Assembly: GCA_951406725.2 (NCBI GenBank)
Contig: OX597814.1
Location: 111,662,001 to 111,726,000 of the forward strand
Source: Octopus vulgaris
Taxonomy: Eukaryota
Direction of reading: 5' to 3'
Length of the DNA stretch: 64,000 bases
Under the pieces are notes generated by a model. That model was given only the letters and a program-made list of their open reading frames with translations, had not been told where the DNA came from and ran no database searches. The position numbers were made by a program, and so were the translations under genes. Numbering within the stretch: position 1 is the first letter of the stretch; each line of letters opens with the position of its first letter. Positions 26,228 through 41,015 of this stretch are shown here, one piece after another.

Positions 26228-27934
26228 ATATTGAGGCTAACGGAAACTACGAGATGTCTCTACAAGTAGAAGCAGTTATAGTATCCAGAGCGGTTCCGTA
26301 TTTTATCATTTAGTCTACTGGTTTAATATATCAACATTGGTACGACATATGACAAGTAATATATCAACATTGGTACGACATATGACAAGTAATAAAGAAA
26401 TTATCAATTGACTCAGGACAGAAGGAAGTGGACAAGGTGGATCAGCAACAAAGAAACCGCTGTGAGGCCATTCGATCTGATAGGATTTATCAGTCAAATT
26501 CTTCTACCTTTATCCTATAGATGTAGAAAGTTTTATATTTTGAGGCTAACGGAAACTACAAAATGTCTCTACAACTACAAACGGTTATTGTATGTAGAGC
26601 GGTTCCGTATTTTATTAATATATCAACCTTGCCTCGACGTATAAATTATCAATTCTACACTTAGAAACGTGTGACAGAAAAACCTTCCAAAAAGTTTCCA
26701 TTTGTTGTGAGTCAAAGCAGGTGAAAAGAAATCTTGGTTGATTACAATGATGAACGCTATATGAATTAAAAAAAAATTTCTTTCTGACATCGTTGGTTAA
26801 GATTAATCTCTCTATTTCTAGACTTTCTGCTCAACTGAAGTCGATTAATCATCACATTCGTAAGCAGTCATTTTAATTCGTCAAAACGGTTAGTTCTTTT
26901 TTTCAGAATTGATTTCTCTTTTGTCATATGACTAATCTCTTAACCCTGTTCAACTCCTGTATGCGTGTATGCTTGTGTGTGAGTCTGATTGTGTCTGCAT
27001 ATATGTGTGTGTGTTGTGGTGCGGTGTGGTGTGTGTGTGTGTGTGTGTGTGTGTCGTTGAACGGCAAATAAACAATGTTCATGGAGTACACTATAAAGAG
27101 TACGGACTAACGAAAACAGTTATGTAACAGACATACTTTGACAGCTGTTTCGATAGCAACATGGCTTATGCCGTAACTACATTCATACAAAATAAAATCC
27201 CATGATGTAATAGATCCATGCGATAACAAAATTTCCTGTGAATCAGTTAGGTGAAGTTAGGTTACTCTCATATATGCGCGTGTGTGTGTCTGTACCACTA
27301 TATATGTGTGCATACACATATATAAGTATATATGTATGAATGTATGTTTGTATGTATGTATGCATGTATCAATCAATCAATAAATCAATCAACCAATCTA
27401 TCTATCTATCTATTTATCTATCTGTCTTTATGTCTGTTTATATATGTCTATCTCTCTATCTACGTAATTTGATAAACACAATATATGTTTTTATGGGTTT
27501 CTATTAGTTTCATGCAATGAAAGCATACCCGACAGTATTTTTAATATGTTTAGTGTTTCAGCGCAATCTTCAGGTATTGCTCACATGTCATAACAAGCTA
27601 AAGGTCGGACTGTCGGGTGAGAGAAAAAGCGAGAAAAGGCGAGAAAGACGCAGATATAAAAGGTGGAAGGTTGAAAAATCGGAAAACGAAAGAAAAAATA
27701 AAGCAAAAAAAAAAAAAAAAAGAACAGAAAGAAGCAATAAGGAGAGAATTAAAGTTATGTCCTTTTTGCCCGTAAAGTCATAAGGCTGAAAGGGTACACG
27801 CACGTACTCTCTCACTCTCATTCCAATGTATGCATGTATGAGAGTACTTATATATATGTTTGTGTGTGTACGTATATGCGTATGCGTATGTATGTTTATA
27901 TATATATGCATGTATATATATGCATGTATATATG

Positions 27935-27982
<48 letters not shown>

Positions 27983-27992
27983 TATGTATATG

Positions 27993-28027
<35 letters not shown>

Positions 28028-28032
28028 TTATG

Positions 28033-28070
<38 letters not shown>

Positions 28071-28387
28071 TACACATACACACATATATGCACAGGTATG
28101 TATTACACCTTTTTAAATTGTTTTATTGCTGTCTTACTTTCGTCCATTCTGTTGTCGTTTTTTCTCTATAACACACACACACGCACACACACACACACAT
28201 GCACACATAAAGGTAGTGATTCAGATTAGCATAATTAGGCTTGACGTCACAGTTCGTCTTGGATTTCTTGTAGCCACTCATGGCACCATGGACCGTGTCC
28301 TGGGTGAAGAATTCGAAGTTTAAGTTCGAATTCATTTGAGCACTACTATGTTTTTATTGCTATGCATATTTAGCTCTCACCTATTGC

Positions 28388-28433
<46 letters not shown>

Positions 28434-29555
28434 GTATGGCGTATATAGATAGATAGATAGATAGATACATACATACATACATATATAAATATATATATAT
28501 GTGTGTATGTATATATATATATGTATATATATATATGTGTGTGTATATATATATATACACACACACGTAATTATATATACGTAAACATATATACATATAT
28601 ATGTGTGTGTGTGTTTGTGTGTCTGTGTACAAACACAAACATAGGTATACGCATATTTACATATATGTATAATGTGTGTGTGTGCGTGTGTTCGTGTTCG
28701 GTGAACAAACCAAAGAAAAAAAAAGCAGACGAAAGGCGGAACAGGAGTTAAACTAAAGCGGGTGGGTGTAGAAAGAGGAGAAGAATGGTGGATAGAAAAC
28801 AACAAGAAAAAGAAAACTGGAAGACAATAAGAAAGAATTTTGATTATAAAGTAAAGACAAGAAAGGGAAAAGAGACTAAAAAAGGGGGGAAAATATTTGA
28901 AGACGGCAAAAGAGAGAAAATTCGAAAAGAAGGAGAAAGAACGAAGAACTGATTGGAGTGAAAAAAGAAAAAAATGTAAGGTGAGACAAGAGGAGAGTTT
29001 GGAAGAGAAAGAAGTGTGTGAATCCAAACAAGCCAGCGAGAAATTTCCGGAACAGTGGCAGACGATATGAAGTGAGGCATAAAGAGCAAACGGGATTCTG
29101 TTTATTTCCATGTTGAACAGAGAAACGGAAGAGGCAGACGATTTCTGTAGCGTGATATCCCATATGAAAGGAAATTAAAAAGCAGCGCCATAACACATGC
29201 ATTTATTATAACACAACCGTCGTTTGCTTCAAAGTGTAACCACCACCACCACAACCACCACCACTATTATCACCAGAGCCACTAACACCACCACTATTAT
29301 CACCACAGCCACTACCACCACCACCACCACCACCACCACCACCATCACCATCACCATTAACCCCCGCCGTCATCTCCTCCCCCGCCACCGCTCCTGTCGC
29401 CATCGCTCCTGCCTCCATAGCTTCTGCCGCCATCGCCCCGCCGCCATCGCTCCCGCCGCCATCAACCCCGCTGCCATCACCTCTGCCACTATCGCCCCCG
29501 CCGCCATCGCAACCCCGCCGCCGCAACCACCACCACCACCACCACCACCACCACC

Positions 29556-29587
<32 letters not shown>

Positions 29588-30128
29588 CAACAACAACCAC
29601 CACTGTCACCATCACCACCATCACGACATCACTAAGCAGCATTTTCTACCACCACCATCGTCAACAGCCGATCTCCTTTACACTTCCTCATCATCTTCAC
29701 AACGACGACAACACAACGACGTCGATCCACGCCACCATCACCATCACCACCACCACCACCACCACCATGGTAAATGGTAAAGGATTGTGGTCAGCGGATA
29801 TAAATATAGCAATGGCAGCGATGTTGGTGTGAACGGACATTAGTAGAGTGTCGTAGTGGTTATTACAGCTGGTTGTAGTGACCAGATATTACGGTCTGTG
29901 GTTGCGATGGTCACTATGTGAGCGATGTACATGGCGGTAATGCTCATGGTGGCCACTGTTGGTAGGAAGAAGGTTATGTTCGGAAGCCAGACCCAAACAC
30001 ATAACCACAACCACCATCTTATATTCGGTTTTATATCAAATCTGTCCTCCCTTTTGAAAGATTTTGTGTGTGTGTGCGCTCGCGCTCCAGATTGATTTTA
30101 GCTGAGGGAAAGTACATGAGAGTATATA

Positions 30129-30213
<85 letters not shown>

Positions 30214-31091
30214 ACACATATATATATATATATATGTGCATATATACATACGTATATGTACATACTTACATATATATTTTATACATATGCATTTGTGGGC
30301 AAAAGATGTCACAGAACATAAACAACATAAAATACGAATACATGAAATACGAAATACGAATACATGGAATATGAACTTTTTTGCGAACAGCGAAAGAAAC
30401 AAATGGAAAACAAGACAAGCAACATAACGAACATTCATCAGTTGTCGGCTGTTTTTCTAATCCGTATTTCGAGCAATTCACGATAAGATACGCCTTCAAT
30501 ATAACAATTGCTCCAGCAAAGTAAATTAAATAAAATTTGGGGTTTTGCGGGGGGTCAAAATTAGTAACAAAAACAGGACAGTGGAAACAAACAGAAAGGG
30601 CTGCTAAGCCTAAACGAGGTGAGGTGGTGAACGCGGAAGAGCAAGCTTGGATAGGAGACAGACAAGAATGCGTCTGCTTCCTCCAGCTGAATCAGAAGGA
30701 AAGAAAGAAACATAAGTTCGGAAAAGAAAGAAAGATGGCCGAAGGTCACGTGGGAGCAACGAGAGAGCAAAGGAGGAAGAGTGAGGGAGAGAGAGTGACA
30801 GACAGAGATCGGTGAAGAGGTGAGGAGAAGAATTAGAGAAAGGATAAGTGAGAGAAAACGAGAGGGGGAGAAGGGGAGATAAAAAGAATTAGGGAAAGGA
30901 AGAGAGAAAATGAAAGTGTAATAGAATAATAGAATAGAATAGAAGTGTCGCATCGGTTACATTGTTCAATTAAATGGAGTCGCTTGAAATGATCGTACTG
31001 TATTACCTCTGGATATCCTGTTGCTTATTTTGATATCTATCAATTATCTATCTATCTATCCGTCTGTCTGTCTGTCTGTCTGTCTGTCTGC

Positions 31092-31169
<78 letters not shown>

Positions 31170-31174
31170 GTCTA

Positions 31175-31251
<77 letters not shown>

Positions 31252-31378
31252 ATGCATAATACAGTGAGCCACACGACATATGTCAAAGTGATCGCAAAGC
31301 AACGCGAAATGAAGCGTTTTGCTCAAGGATAGAACGCTAACCGGTTTGGGAATCGAAAGCATGGTCATACGATATTAC

Positions 31379-31415
<37 letters not shown>

Positions 31416-31434
31416 TATATAGGATGATCTGGAC

Positions 31435-32883
31435 ATGCTCAAACACCTCCCGAAAACAGTTAACGAGGAGGCACTCCTGGTATCCTTTGATGTCATCAAC
31501 CTCTACACCAACATTCCACATGAGTATGGTATAGAGGCAATTGACTTCTGGCTAGAAAAACACCCAGAGACATTCCCTGACCGCATTAACAAGTCTTTTA
31601 TTACAGAATCTCTTAAGTTCATTCTGACAAACAATTTTTTTCTCTTCGACGACACACACTACCGTCAAAAATGTGGCATTGCGATGGGTACCAAGGCTGC
31701 ACCAGTCCTTGCGAACCTCATAATGGGTTACTTCGAACTGTCACTCTATGAAATATCAAGCCAGAAATTTGGACATGTTTTCCACACCTACCTAATGGAA
31801 AACTGGAAAAGGTATTTAGATGATTGTTTCATCATATGGAAAGAACCTTATGAAAAACTCCTGGAATTCAAAACCATACTAAACAACATACATCCCAACA
31901 TCCAATTCACTATGGAATTAAGCAAACATCATCTCCCATTCCTTGATCTCCTAATTATAAAAACACCTAAGAACCAAATCATAACAGACATCTACCACAA
32001 ACCTACAGACTCACAACAATACCTCCTCTTTAGTTCATGCCACCCAAAACACACCAAGACAAATATCCCTTTCAATTTAGCTAAAAGGGTATGCACCATT
32101 GTCTCGGATGCAAAAACACGAGAAATACGCCTTCAAGACCTCAAAAAAACACTATTACAACGTCAATATCCCTCCACCCTTATAGAGTATGGAATAAAAC
32201 GCGCCAAAGAACTAGACAACACTACACTGAAAACCACCCAACCTAACACCACACACAACCTCAAAATACTTCCATACATTTCCACCCACAACCCCAAAAA
32301 TATCGAAGCATACACCACAATCATACAAAACCCTAGTCTACTGTCAACAGACCCAAAAATGAAAAACATTATAAATACACACAAAATCCTCAAATGCAAA
32401 AGGCAACACAAATCTTTAAAAAAACTCTTGACAAATGCCAAACTTCACACACCACATCCACCCCCAACAGTAAAAAAATGTGCACGCTCAAACTGTGGTA
32501 CCTGCCCCTTTCTACTTGAAGGCTCTGAATTTACCTTCAAACAAGGTACGAAGTTTAAAATCAAGACTAACTTCTCCTGTTCCTCCGAGAACCTTATCTA
32601 CGTTCTCACATGCGCTGGTTGCCAACATAATTATGTTGGACAAACGAGTCTCCCGTTACGTAAACGAGTAACGGTGCATAAAGAACAAATAAATCTCCCG
32701 GAATACCGAGAAATTCCACTGAGTGACCACTTAGACTCATGTGCTAAAGACTTAAACCCCAAATTCTATATATTCCCCTTCTACCAATGTAAAGACGGGA
32801 TCACCACACAGGAGAGAATTAACAAGGAGAATCTCTTTATTGAAAAATTCCAAACACAACTTAATATGCAAACTCCTCGTTGA
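31435..32883 (+). CDS. PLE reverse transcriptase + GIY-YIG endonuclease (482 aa, N-truncated, uninterrupted)
   Basis: SFDVINLYTNIP, YRQKCGIAMGT..APVLANL, RYLDD, LPFLD, DIYHKPTD, CARSNCGTC linker, LIYVLTCAGCQHNYVGQT. Confidence 0.93.
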   Translation: MLKHLPKTVNEEALLVSFDVINLYTNIPHEYGIEAIDFWLEKHPETFPDRINKSFITESLKFILTNNFFLFDDTHYRQKCGIAMGTKAAPVLANLIMGYFELSLYEISSQKFGHVFHTYLMENWKRYLDDCFIIWKEPYEKLLEFKTILNNIHPNIQFTMELSKHHLPFLDLLIIKTPKNQIITDIYHKPTDSQQYLLFSSCHPKHTKTNIPFNLAKRVCTIVSDAKTREIRLQDLKKTLLQRQYPSTLIEYGIKRAKELDNTTLKTTQPNTTHNLKILPYISTHNPKNIEAYTTIIQNPSLLSTDPKMKNIINTHKILKCKRQHKSLKKLLTNAKLHTPHPPPTVKKCARSNCGTCPFLLEGSEFTFKQGTKFKIKTNFSCSSENLIYVLTCAGCQHNYVGQTSLPLRKRVTVHKEQINLPEYREIPLSDHLDSCAKDLNPKFYIFPFYQCKDGITTQERINKENLFIEKFQTQLNMQTPR

Positions 32884-33516
32884 TCAAACTTCCTTTCTCT
32901 ACCTCACTCTTCATGGATGGACTAACACAAATATATAAAGATACCATGCATTCATCACTTCAAGCTAAAACTTATATTCTTTAAATATCATTTTTACTAT
33001 TGTTGTTATTACTATCATTTTTATTATAAATGATATGACAATTTGAAATGCAATTGTCTATGCAGATTTATATTATTAGAAAATAATATAAATAAAGTGT
33101 TAATATCTGAAAGTTAAGTTAACAAGCAATTATATAAAAAAGATAATGCAAATGAAGCTAAAATGATAGTTTTATAATTTGGGTTTTATTGAAGAACTCA
33201 AAAAAGTTGTCTCCCCTTACTCACAACACAGGAACTGAAGAACCAGGACCACAATTACTACTACTTCCTGTCCTGCAAACATGCTGAATTTAACAACACA
33301 ACACAACTCATGCTCTTAATCCCTTTGGATCTTAACACCTCAAGGTAATTTTTTCGTAAACAACCATAAAACTCAAGATACACAACGAACTCACAATGTA
33401 TCGGAGAACTTATTTTTTAATTTTTGTACATTTTTATCATTATTCTTTTACAAAAAACAATGCAATTTTCTTTTTTTCCCCTTTCTAATTTTTAAAAAAA
33501 CTTCTTAAAACATAAA

Positions 33517-33557
33517 TATTCTTGACAAGTCATACAATGACGAAAACCGGTTGAATA
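33517..33557 (+). ncRNA. Minimal HHR, U3-A8 core variant
   Basis: tattc TTGACAA gtcat-aca-atgac GAAA a ccgg TT gaata. Confidence 0.65.
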
Positions 33558-33647
33558 AATATATATTTATATATTTTATCAATTTCTCATTTTATTAAAA
33601 TTTTCTTTCATTTGAGCATTCTGCATTTTTAAAAAAATTTTTCCTTA

Positions 33648-33750
<103 letters not shown>

Positions 33751-33758
33751 TATATATA

Positions 33759-34875
33759 GGGGAGAATTCACAAAAAGAAATACAAGACGAAGACAGGTGG
33801 CTTAGACAACAAACAGATGTATTAGTTTAACGCTCGAGAAGTGAAAAAGGCTTTAACGTTTCGAGCCTACGCTCTTCCACAGAAAGGAACACAGAAAGAA
33901 AATAAAGCATGTGTAGTGGCTAGCGATCTATCATGGCGAATGCCGGACAGAGGGTCACACAGGAGAGCTAGGAGGAAGGGGAGGTAATAAAGTAGTGGTG
34001 ATCCCTAAACGAAGGTGTGCGTGGCTGTGTATAAGAGAGTGTGTATGTGCGTGTGGATGAGGGCTGGTGACCTTGACGTGTGCGTGTGTGTATGTGTAGG
34101 TCTGTGGATGTGGGGTTGGGAAGTGATCAGTGCTAGTGTGTGCGTGGTGGTGTACTGTGATGTGGTGTGGTGTTGTGTGGTATGGTGGTGTATGGTGTAG
34201 TGGTGTGAGTGGGGAAAGCAAGGTTGGGATGTGGGTTAAGCTGTGGGTGGGGATAGGCTGAGGGTGGAGTATGTGGGAGTGGGTGTAAGGGATGGGGTGG
34301 GGTGCGATGGAATAGAGAAGGTAGAGTTAGATTGTGAAGGGGTGGGGTTAAGAGGTAGGGGCGACGATGAAGGGGAGGGGAATGGAGAAGGTGGGTACGA
34401 CTGAAGAGAAGAGAAAAGGAGAGTAGGAGTGAAGAGAAGACGTAGGAGTCGGAGTAAGAGATGGTGGGAGGAAGCAGGTGAGAGATCGAGAGAGGTGAGG
34501 GGAAGAGGTTAGAGGAAGAGGGGAGGAGAGTCGAACCCATGTGACGCAAAGGAGCGAAGAGAGAATATTAATCCCTGTTCACGGCGCAAACGGGAGTCCG
34601 ATCACAGATAGGTGTTGCAAAGAGTGACCGGTAGAGCGGAAATGGCGCGAGACCGGAGTGTCATTGCAGAGTCGGATGTCTCGGAGGTGTTCTGCGAACC
34701 GGTCAGCCAAGCGGCGTCTCATTTTCCCGATGTATAGAGAAGGGCAGAGAGAGCAGGAGATGCAGTAAATGATATTGGTAGAAGTGCAGGTGAAAGAGTC
34801 GATGATATGATAGGGTCGATGATGGGTGCCGGTGAGGAGGGTGGTGTTGAAGAGGTAAGGGCAAGTGCGGCAGCG

Positions 34876-34878
<3 letters not shown>
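33759..34878 (-). mobile_element. Second Neptune-type PLE 3' fragment (GIY-YIG + 3' region with HHR-like motif at 33851-33886)
   Basis: ORF 34579-34881(-) RCRTC...FTCTSTNIIYCISCSLCPSLYIG...RFAEH...PVSRHF...H. Bounded by (AT)n. Confidence 0.88.
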
Positions 34879-34907
<29 letters not shown>

Positions 34908-37900
34908 TACGCTACTATAAGCATTTTTCTGCCAGACGGTTACGTGAATCGTGCGCTCATATTACAGAGGCCTGCGTGTAGAAAATAGCAGTATCGGTCG
35001 AGTCTACTAAACGTATTGAGTACTACTTTCATTTTCTATACATAAAGGAAACACGTATGTGTGTGTGCGTATTTGTATACATACATGTGTGTGTGTGTGT
35101 GTGTGTGTGTGCATGATATTTTGTTCGGTCACACTGAAGTTATGCTCGGAACAAAACAAAACAAAACCCAAAAAGAAAAATGTCCTTTAGTCTTAGGCGC
35201 AGGAGTGGCTGTGTGGTTCCGGGTTCAGTCCCACTGCGTGGCATCTTGGGCCGACCAAAGACTTGTGAGTGGATTTGGTAGACGGAAACTGAAAGAAGCC
35301 CGTCGTGTATATATATATGTATATATTTGTGTGTGTATCTGTGTTTGTCCCTTTCATCATCGCTTGACAACCGATGCTGGTGTGTTAGCGGTTCGGCAAA
35401 AGAGACCGATAGAATAAGTACTAGCTTTACAAAGAATAAGTCCTGGCGTAGATTTGTTCGACTAAAAGGCGTTACTCCAGCATGGCCGCAGTCAAGTTGA
35501 CTGAAACTAGTAAAAGAATGAATGAGCAAAAGAATGTAAAATTAATCTATTGTGGCACTCCGTCGGTTGCGACGACGAGTTCCAGTTGATCCGATCAATG
35601 GAGCAACCTGCTCGTGAAATTAACGTGCAAGTGGCTGAGCACTCCACAGACACGTGTACCCTTAACGTAGTTCTCAGGGAGATTCAGCGTGGCACAGAGT
35701 GTGACAAGGCTGGCCAATTGAAATACTGGTACAACAGAAACAGGAAGAAAGAGTGAGAGAAAGTTGTGGTGAAAGAGTACAGCAGGATTCGTCACTACCC
35801 TCTACCGGAGCCTCGTGGAGCTGTAGGTGTTTTCGCTCAATAAACACTCACAACGCCCTGTCTGGGAATCGAAACCGCGATCCTATGACCGCGAGTCCGC
35901 TGCCCAAACCACTAGGCTATTGCGCCTGCACAGTCTTAATCTATAATCGCAGGGAGAAGTAATAAGTTGTATTGTCATCACTGCCACCACCCTCAAGAGA
36001 TGCACAAGCACACACAAACACACAGACGCATTCACACACACTCGCACACACACATGTACACTCAGCGAAGGGACATTAACACTTCTACACACGGTATATC
36101 GCCTCCAACCGTCAGATGTACGGAAACAGGCACGTGTCAATGTGTTTAACCAAGCATATCTATGTCAACGCGTGCGCAGGTGCGTGGCCTAGTGGTTAGG
36201 GCATTCAACTCGCGATTATAAGGTCGTGAGTTCAATTCCCCGCGACGCGTTGTGTCCTTGAGCAAGACACTTTATTTCCCATTGCTCCAGTCCATTCAGC
36301 TGGCAAAAACGAGTTGTACCTGTATTTCAAAGGCACCAGCCTTGTCACCAATTTGTGTCACGCTGAGTCTCTCTGAGAACTGTGTTAAGCGTACACGTGT
36401 TTGTGGAGTGCTCAGCCACTTGCACGTTAATTTCACGAGCAGGCTGTTTTGTTGATCGTATCAGCTGGGACCCTCGTCGTCGTAACCGACAGTGCGATCC
36501 TACTTATGTCGAGGAGGGCGTAGGTGCCTAACATTTACTGTGTCCTCTGTAAGTAGTGTTTCTGGTCTTCGTTATTGTTGTTGTTGCTATGATGGTGATG
36601 GTGGTGGTGGTGGTGGCGGCGGTTTTGGTATAACTGGTATTTCGTTCCACTTGTGTCAGTCAGTGCGCTGCGGGCACGCTGGAGCACCGTCTTGAAGGAT
36701 TTGTTTAGTCGAATGAGTGGGCCCCCATCCAGTGCTCGTTTTTTTTTCTTTTAAGCAAGGTACTTGTTCTATCAGTCTCGTTTTGCTGAACCGCAATGTT
36801 ACGGGGACGTAAATACACCAACACCAATTGTCGAGCTGTGATGGGGGACAAACACACAAATACACACACTCACACACACGACGGGCTTCTTTCAGCTTCC
36901 GTCAACCAATTCCACTCACAAGGCTTTGGTCTCCCGAGGCTAAAATGCAAGATATTCGCCTAAAGTGCTCCGCTGTGGGACTGAACCCCGGAACCATGTG
37001 GTTTGGAAGCAAACCTCTTACAACACAGCCACACCTTTTGTTAGTGTTATTGTTGTTGATGTTGATGGTGGTCATTACATCGTTGACGAAGTTACTCGTG
37101 ATGATGAAGGTGATAATTGTGATAATGGTGATGATGGTGGTGGTGGTGGTTGCGATGGGAATACTGGTGCTTGTTATGATGTTGTTGTTGTTATTGGTGG
37201 TGGTCATGGTTGTACTCGTTATTGTTGTCGTAGCGCTGATAGTATATGGCGTTTGTGCTTGTGATAGTTGTACTGGAACTTGTTTGCTGGTAGTGGTGTT
37301 TGTTGTGGTTGCTTTGGTGCTTTTGTTGTTAGTGGTGGTGGTCATGGTTGTACTAATGCCGTAGTATTCCGTTGCTCGTTGTTGTTGTTATTGTTGTTAT
37401 TGCCATGGTGATGTTAGTACTATTGGTGTTGTTATCGTCATGATGCTGTTGGTGGTACCTGACTCAAAACAGAAGTACTAGAGTCGATTTGTTTGACTTG
37501 TAACGATGAAAGATGAACGATGCATGAAGTTTAAGGAAATATTTATTTTTACCAGTTACATTATACAATACCTTCCCTCGACGGGTAGGTGATAAAATCC
37601 TAGAGCACGCGAAGTAAAGTTAGATGTGGTAGATTTTCCTCGTATAGTTTTGTGTACACGTTTTCTTAGCAGTAATCCACGGATAGCGATAGAATGATGC
37701 TAGTAAAAATGAGAGAGAGAGGAAAGTTGTCTCAAAATATCGCTGACTATAAACTTCCTTTCTTTTTCCCTCTAGCCGTTTGTCTGCCTGCTTGTGGCCA
37801 TGATTCTAGTGGTCGGTTCACTAACTGATCTTAGCTCTCTCTTAACTCACGAGTTGTCACTGAGTTGTCACCAAGTGACTAACTGATTTTTGCTTGGGAG

Positions 37901-38191
37901 TTCTTGTTTTTATAACTATCCAGAAGGATAGACATATAATTGAGAACAACAGATTTAGTTGGTGGTCTTGTTATCTTAATTCTAGCTTTTGATGAAATAG
38001 AAGAGATTAGAAATGTCAAGTGGTGAAGACATTATTTCGGCCTAGCTAAGGCAATCTGGCAAATGTATCATAAACTGTCACAGAAAAACTATTGTTGCAC
38101 CATGAGAAAAGTTCTGTTAAAGTGTTAATTTAAATTTGGCTATGGTAGATCGAATCTACTTCATACCTGTAAGATCCACTACAGACTAAAC

Positions 38192-39541
38192 CAGTGCTTC
38201 TCGACTGTTTTCCCTATGGATCTCTTTCGATCCATATTTTACTTTCCTGGATCCTAGTAGCCATTCGATGTATAAAAAATATCTTACTGTATTTTTCCAA
38301 TAGTCGAGTAATAGTCGAATTAATGTACAAGTCGACCCCTATTTTTGGCCAAGAAACTGGGAATTTTCCAGAGACCCTGTATAAAAGTCGACCCTAGTAT
38401 TTCACGAACAACAGGACATCTGTGGGTCAAGGTGCCGTAGAAAAACAGTGTTACAAAATTGTGTGGCTACCTTACTGTCGTCTGCTCTATAGGTGGAATG
38501 TTTGGTGCCTAGAAACGGCGAGCTGGCAGAAACGTTAGCACGCTGGGCGAAATGCTTAGCGGTATTTCGTCTGCTGTTACGTTCTGAGTTCAAATTCCGC
38601 CGAGGTCGACTTTGCTTTTCATATTTTCGGGGTCGATTAAATAAGTATCAGTTACGCACTGGGGTCGATGTAATCGACTTAATCCGTTTGTCTGTCCTTG
38701 TTCGTCCCTTCTATGTTTAGCCCCCTGTGGGCAATAAAGACATATATAATGGAATGCTCGGTCCTTATAGCAAAACACCATTTAATGGCGAGCACTACAC
38801 ATCTGTTGATGGGTGCTACATCACCATTCCTAAAGTGTATGCATCTGCAAGCACAATAAACACATACATCATACACTCGTTTACATGGTGAGAAACGCGT
38901 TTCACAGACAGCACTATTGGTAAATACCGGCAAACGCCACACTGAATTCGTACAAAGGCATGACTTTGGTAAGCCTAAGAACATCCAACTAAACGCTAGA
39001 CCAGTGGTTCCCATGTGACATTTATATTTTCCTCATTTCCAAATACAATAAGCACATGCATCATACGTTCGTCTGTTTATATGGAGAGAAACGTGTTTCA
39101 CAGACAGCACTGTTGGCGAACAACAAGAGCTACGCGGTCTTGTTTATGGGTTTTGTTATTTACTAGAGCGTGTGTTTTGATGTAGTGAATTGCTAATATT
39201 ACAGTAATTCATTGTGTTTTTGTTTTTATTCGCTTAGAGATCAGTTGGGCTTCTGCTGCTGAAACGGTACTTCGGATCTTAGTTTGAATTTCAGCCCCTC
39301 AAAAGTAGCATCCATGTAATAGACGACCCCATAAATTTGTCATTACAAAATGGTCTAAAAGAATTCGATTTTTACATGACTATATACGTTAAATATTATA
39401 AGAAATTGTATTTAAAAATTGTTAAAATATTTGGTGCATCATAGAAGTATGACCAATTTATTGTACATAAAGTTTAATAAAACCTTATATAGACACCTCA
39501 AGGGCTCCAAAGGTCATATGAACCCTAGTTGAGAACCACTG
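38192..39541. mobile_element. hAT MITE with nested pogo/Tigger-like remnant and SINE
   Basis: TIRs cagtgcttctcgac / gttgagaaccactg. 8-bp TSD gactaaac / gactaagc. Confidence 0.75.
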
Positions 39542-39778
39542 GACTAAGCCACAGCCCATCGATTGAACCAAGTAAAAAGTAAAAGATATTTCATTTCTTC
39601 AATAATAAATTCCCTTCTTAACATGTGAAACATATTAAGACTCATTTATGCTTCATGGATTCGTGGTGAGAAATTAAGAGAACTGAATAGCAGAAGGCCT
39701 TCAGAGAGAAAAAAAACCCTTTCTCAGGCAAGTGTTTCAGCTCTTATCTTACATTGTAAGAGGGACGGGCCGCATGCA

Positions 39779-40027
39779 GGTTATGGAGAATTAGCCCGAA
39801 GATTTAGGAAAGCTCTCAAGGAAGGCAAACTCAACGTTAAAATCGTTGAAAAGCTAGGGAGCTCCATCAGATCAGAACTATGTAGGACGTACCCCTTTGA
39901 GAACTGCATGGTATGTAGGATTAGCTCTGGCATTAACTGTAGAACTAGAAATGTAGTCTACAGCATAAGGTGTATGGAGGGTGCTTGTAAACAGATAGAT
40001 AGGTACATAGGTAATACGGATAGACAA
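39779..40027 (+). pseudogene. Decayed PLE linker/GIY-YIG fragment (not in the ORF track)
   Basis: Manual translation: GYGELARRFRKALKEGKLNVKIVEKLGSSIRSELCRTYPFENCMVCRISSGINCRTRNVVYSIRCMEGACKQIDRYIGNTDRQ (VVY...YIG motif). Confidence 0.75.
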
Positions 40028-40465
40028 GCACACACACACGCATGCACATACATACACAAATGAAAACTGAAACACATAACCATATATATACACACGCACA
40101 CTTCACACACACATACAAAGACACATATGGAGACACACATCCATACACAACAGACGCACGTACATAGTCACACAAACCCATACACATAGACACACTCAAA
40201 CATGCACACACGAGGAGACAGAGGTACACACACAAAAACTCGGATAACAGACAGAGTCAATAGCTATTGAAAAGGTTGTAAGACGCAACGAAAATTTTAG
40301 AAAAAAAACCAAACTAAATGAATGGAAATCGAACCGGCGTGTGTGTTAAATAATAAGGCACTGAAAGAGAAATACTATCCCCAGACACAATAATACACAC
40401 ACACATACACACATACATACACACATACATACATACATACATACATACATACATACATACATACA

Positions 40466-40498
<33 letters not shown>

Positions 40499-40715
40499 GT
40501 TTGTATGTGTATGTGTATACATATTTACACATACACATGTGGATGCAAACGTACATCTACGGAACATTATATACACATACTTTATACTCACAGATCCATG
40601 TGTATACATACTTACACGGTCATATATACGCAGACACATGTAAACATGAACATGCATTTAGGGAACATAATATACACAAACCCAAATTAAACAAATGTAC
40701 ATACATGCGTGTGTG

Positions 40716-40793
<78 letters not shown>

Positions 40794-40973
40794 TTGTCTG
40801 TGTAAGTATGTGTCTGTATGTGTACATATATTGTTCTATAAATTTGTTTGTATATACATGTATGCAGGTTTGTATGTATGTATATATATGTCTGTATAAG
40901 TAAATATACACATATACCTGTGTGTGTGTGTGTCTGTGTATATACAGATATACATATACATACATAATATATA

Positions 40974-41015
<42 letters not shown>

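Noticed and set aside
28123-28335. Short ORF MNSNLNFEFFTQDTVHGAMSGYKKSKTNC...
   Set aside because: It runs into microsatellite, and I see no recognisable family or clear splice sites.
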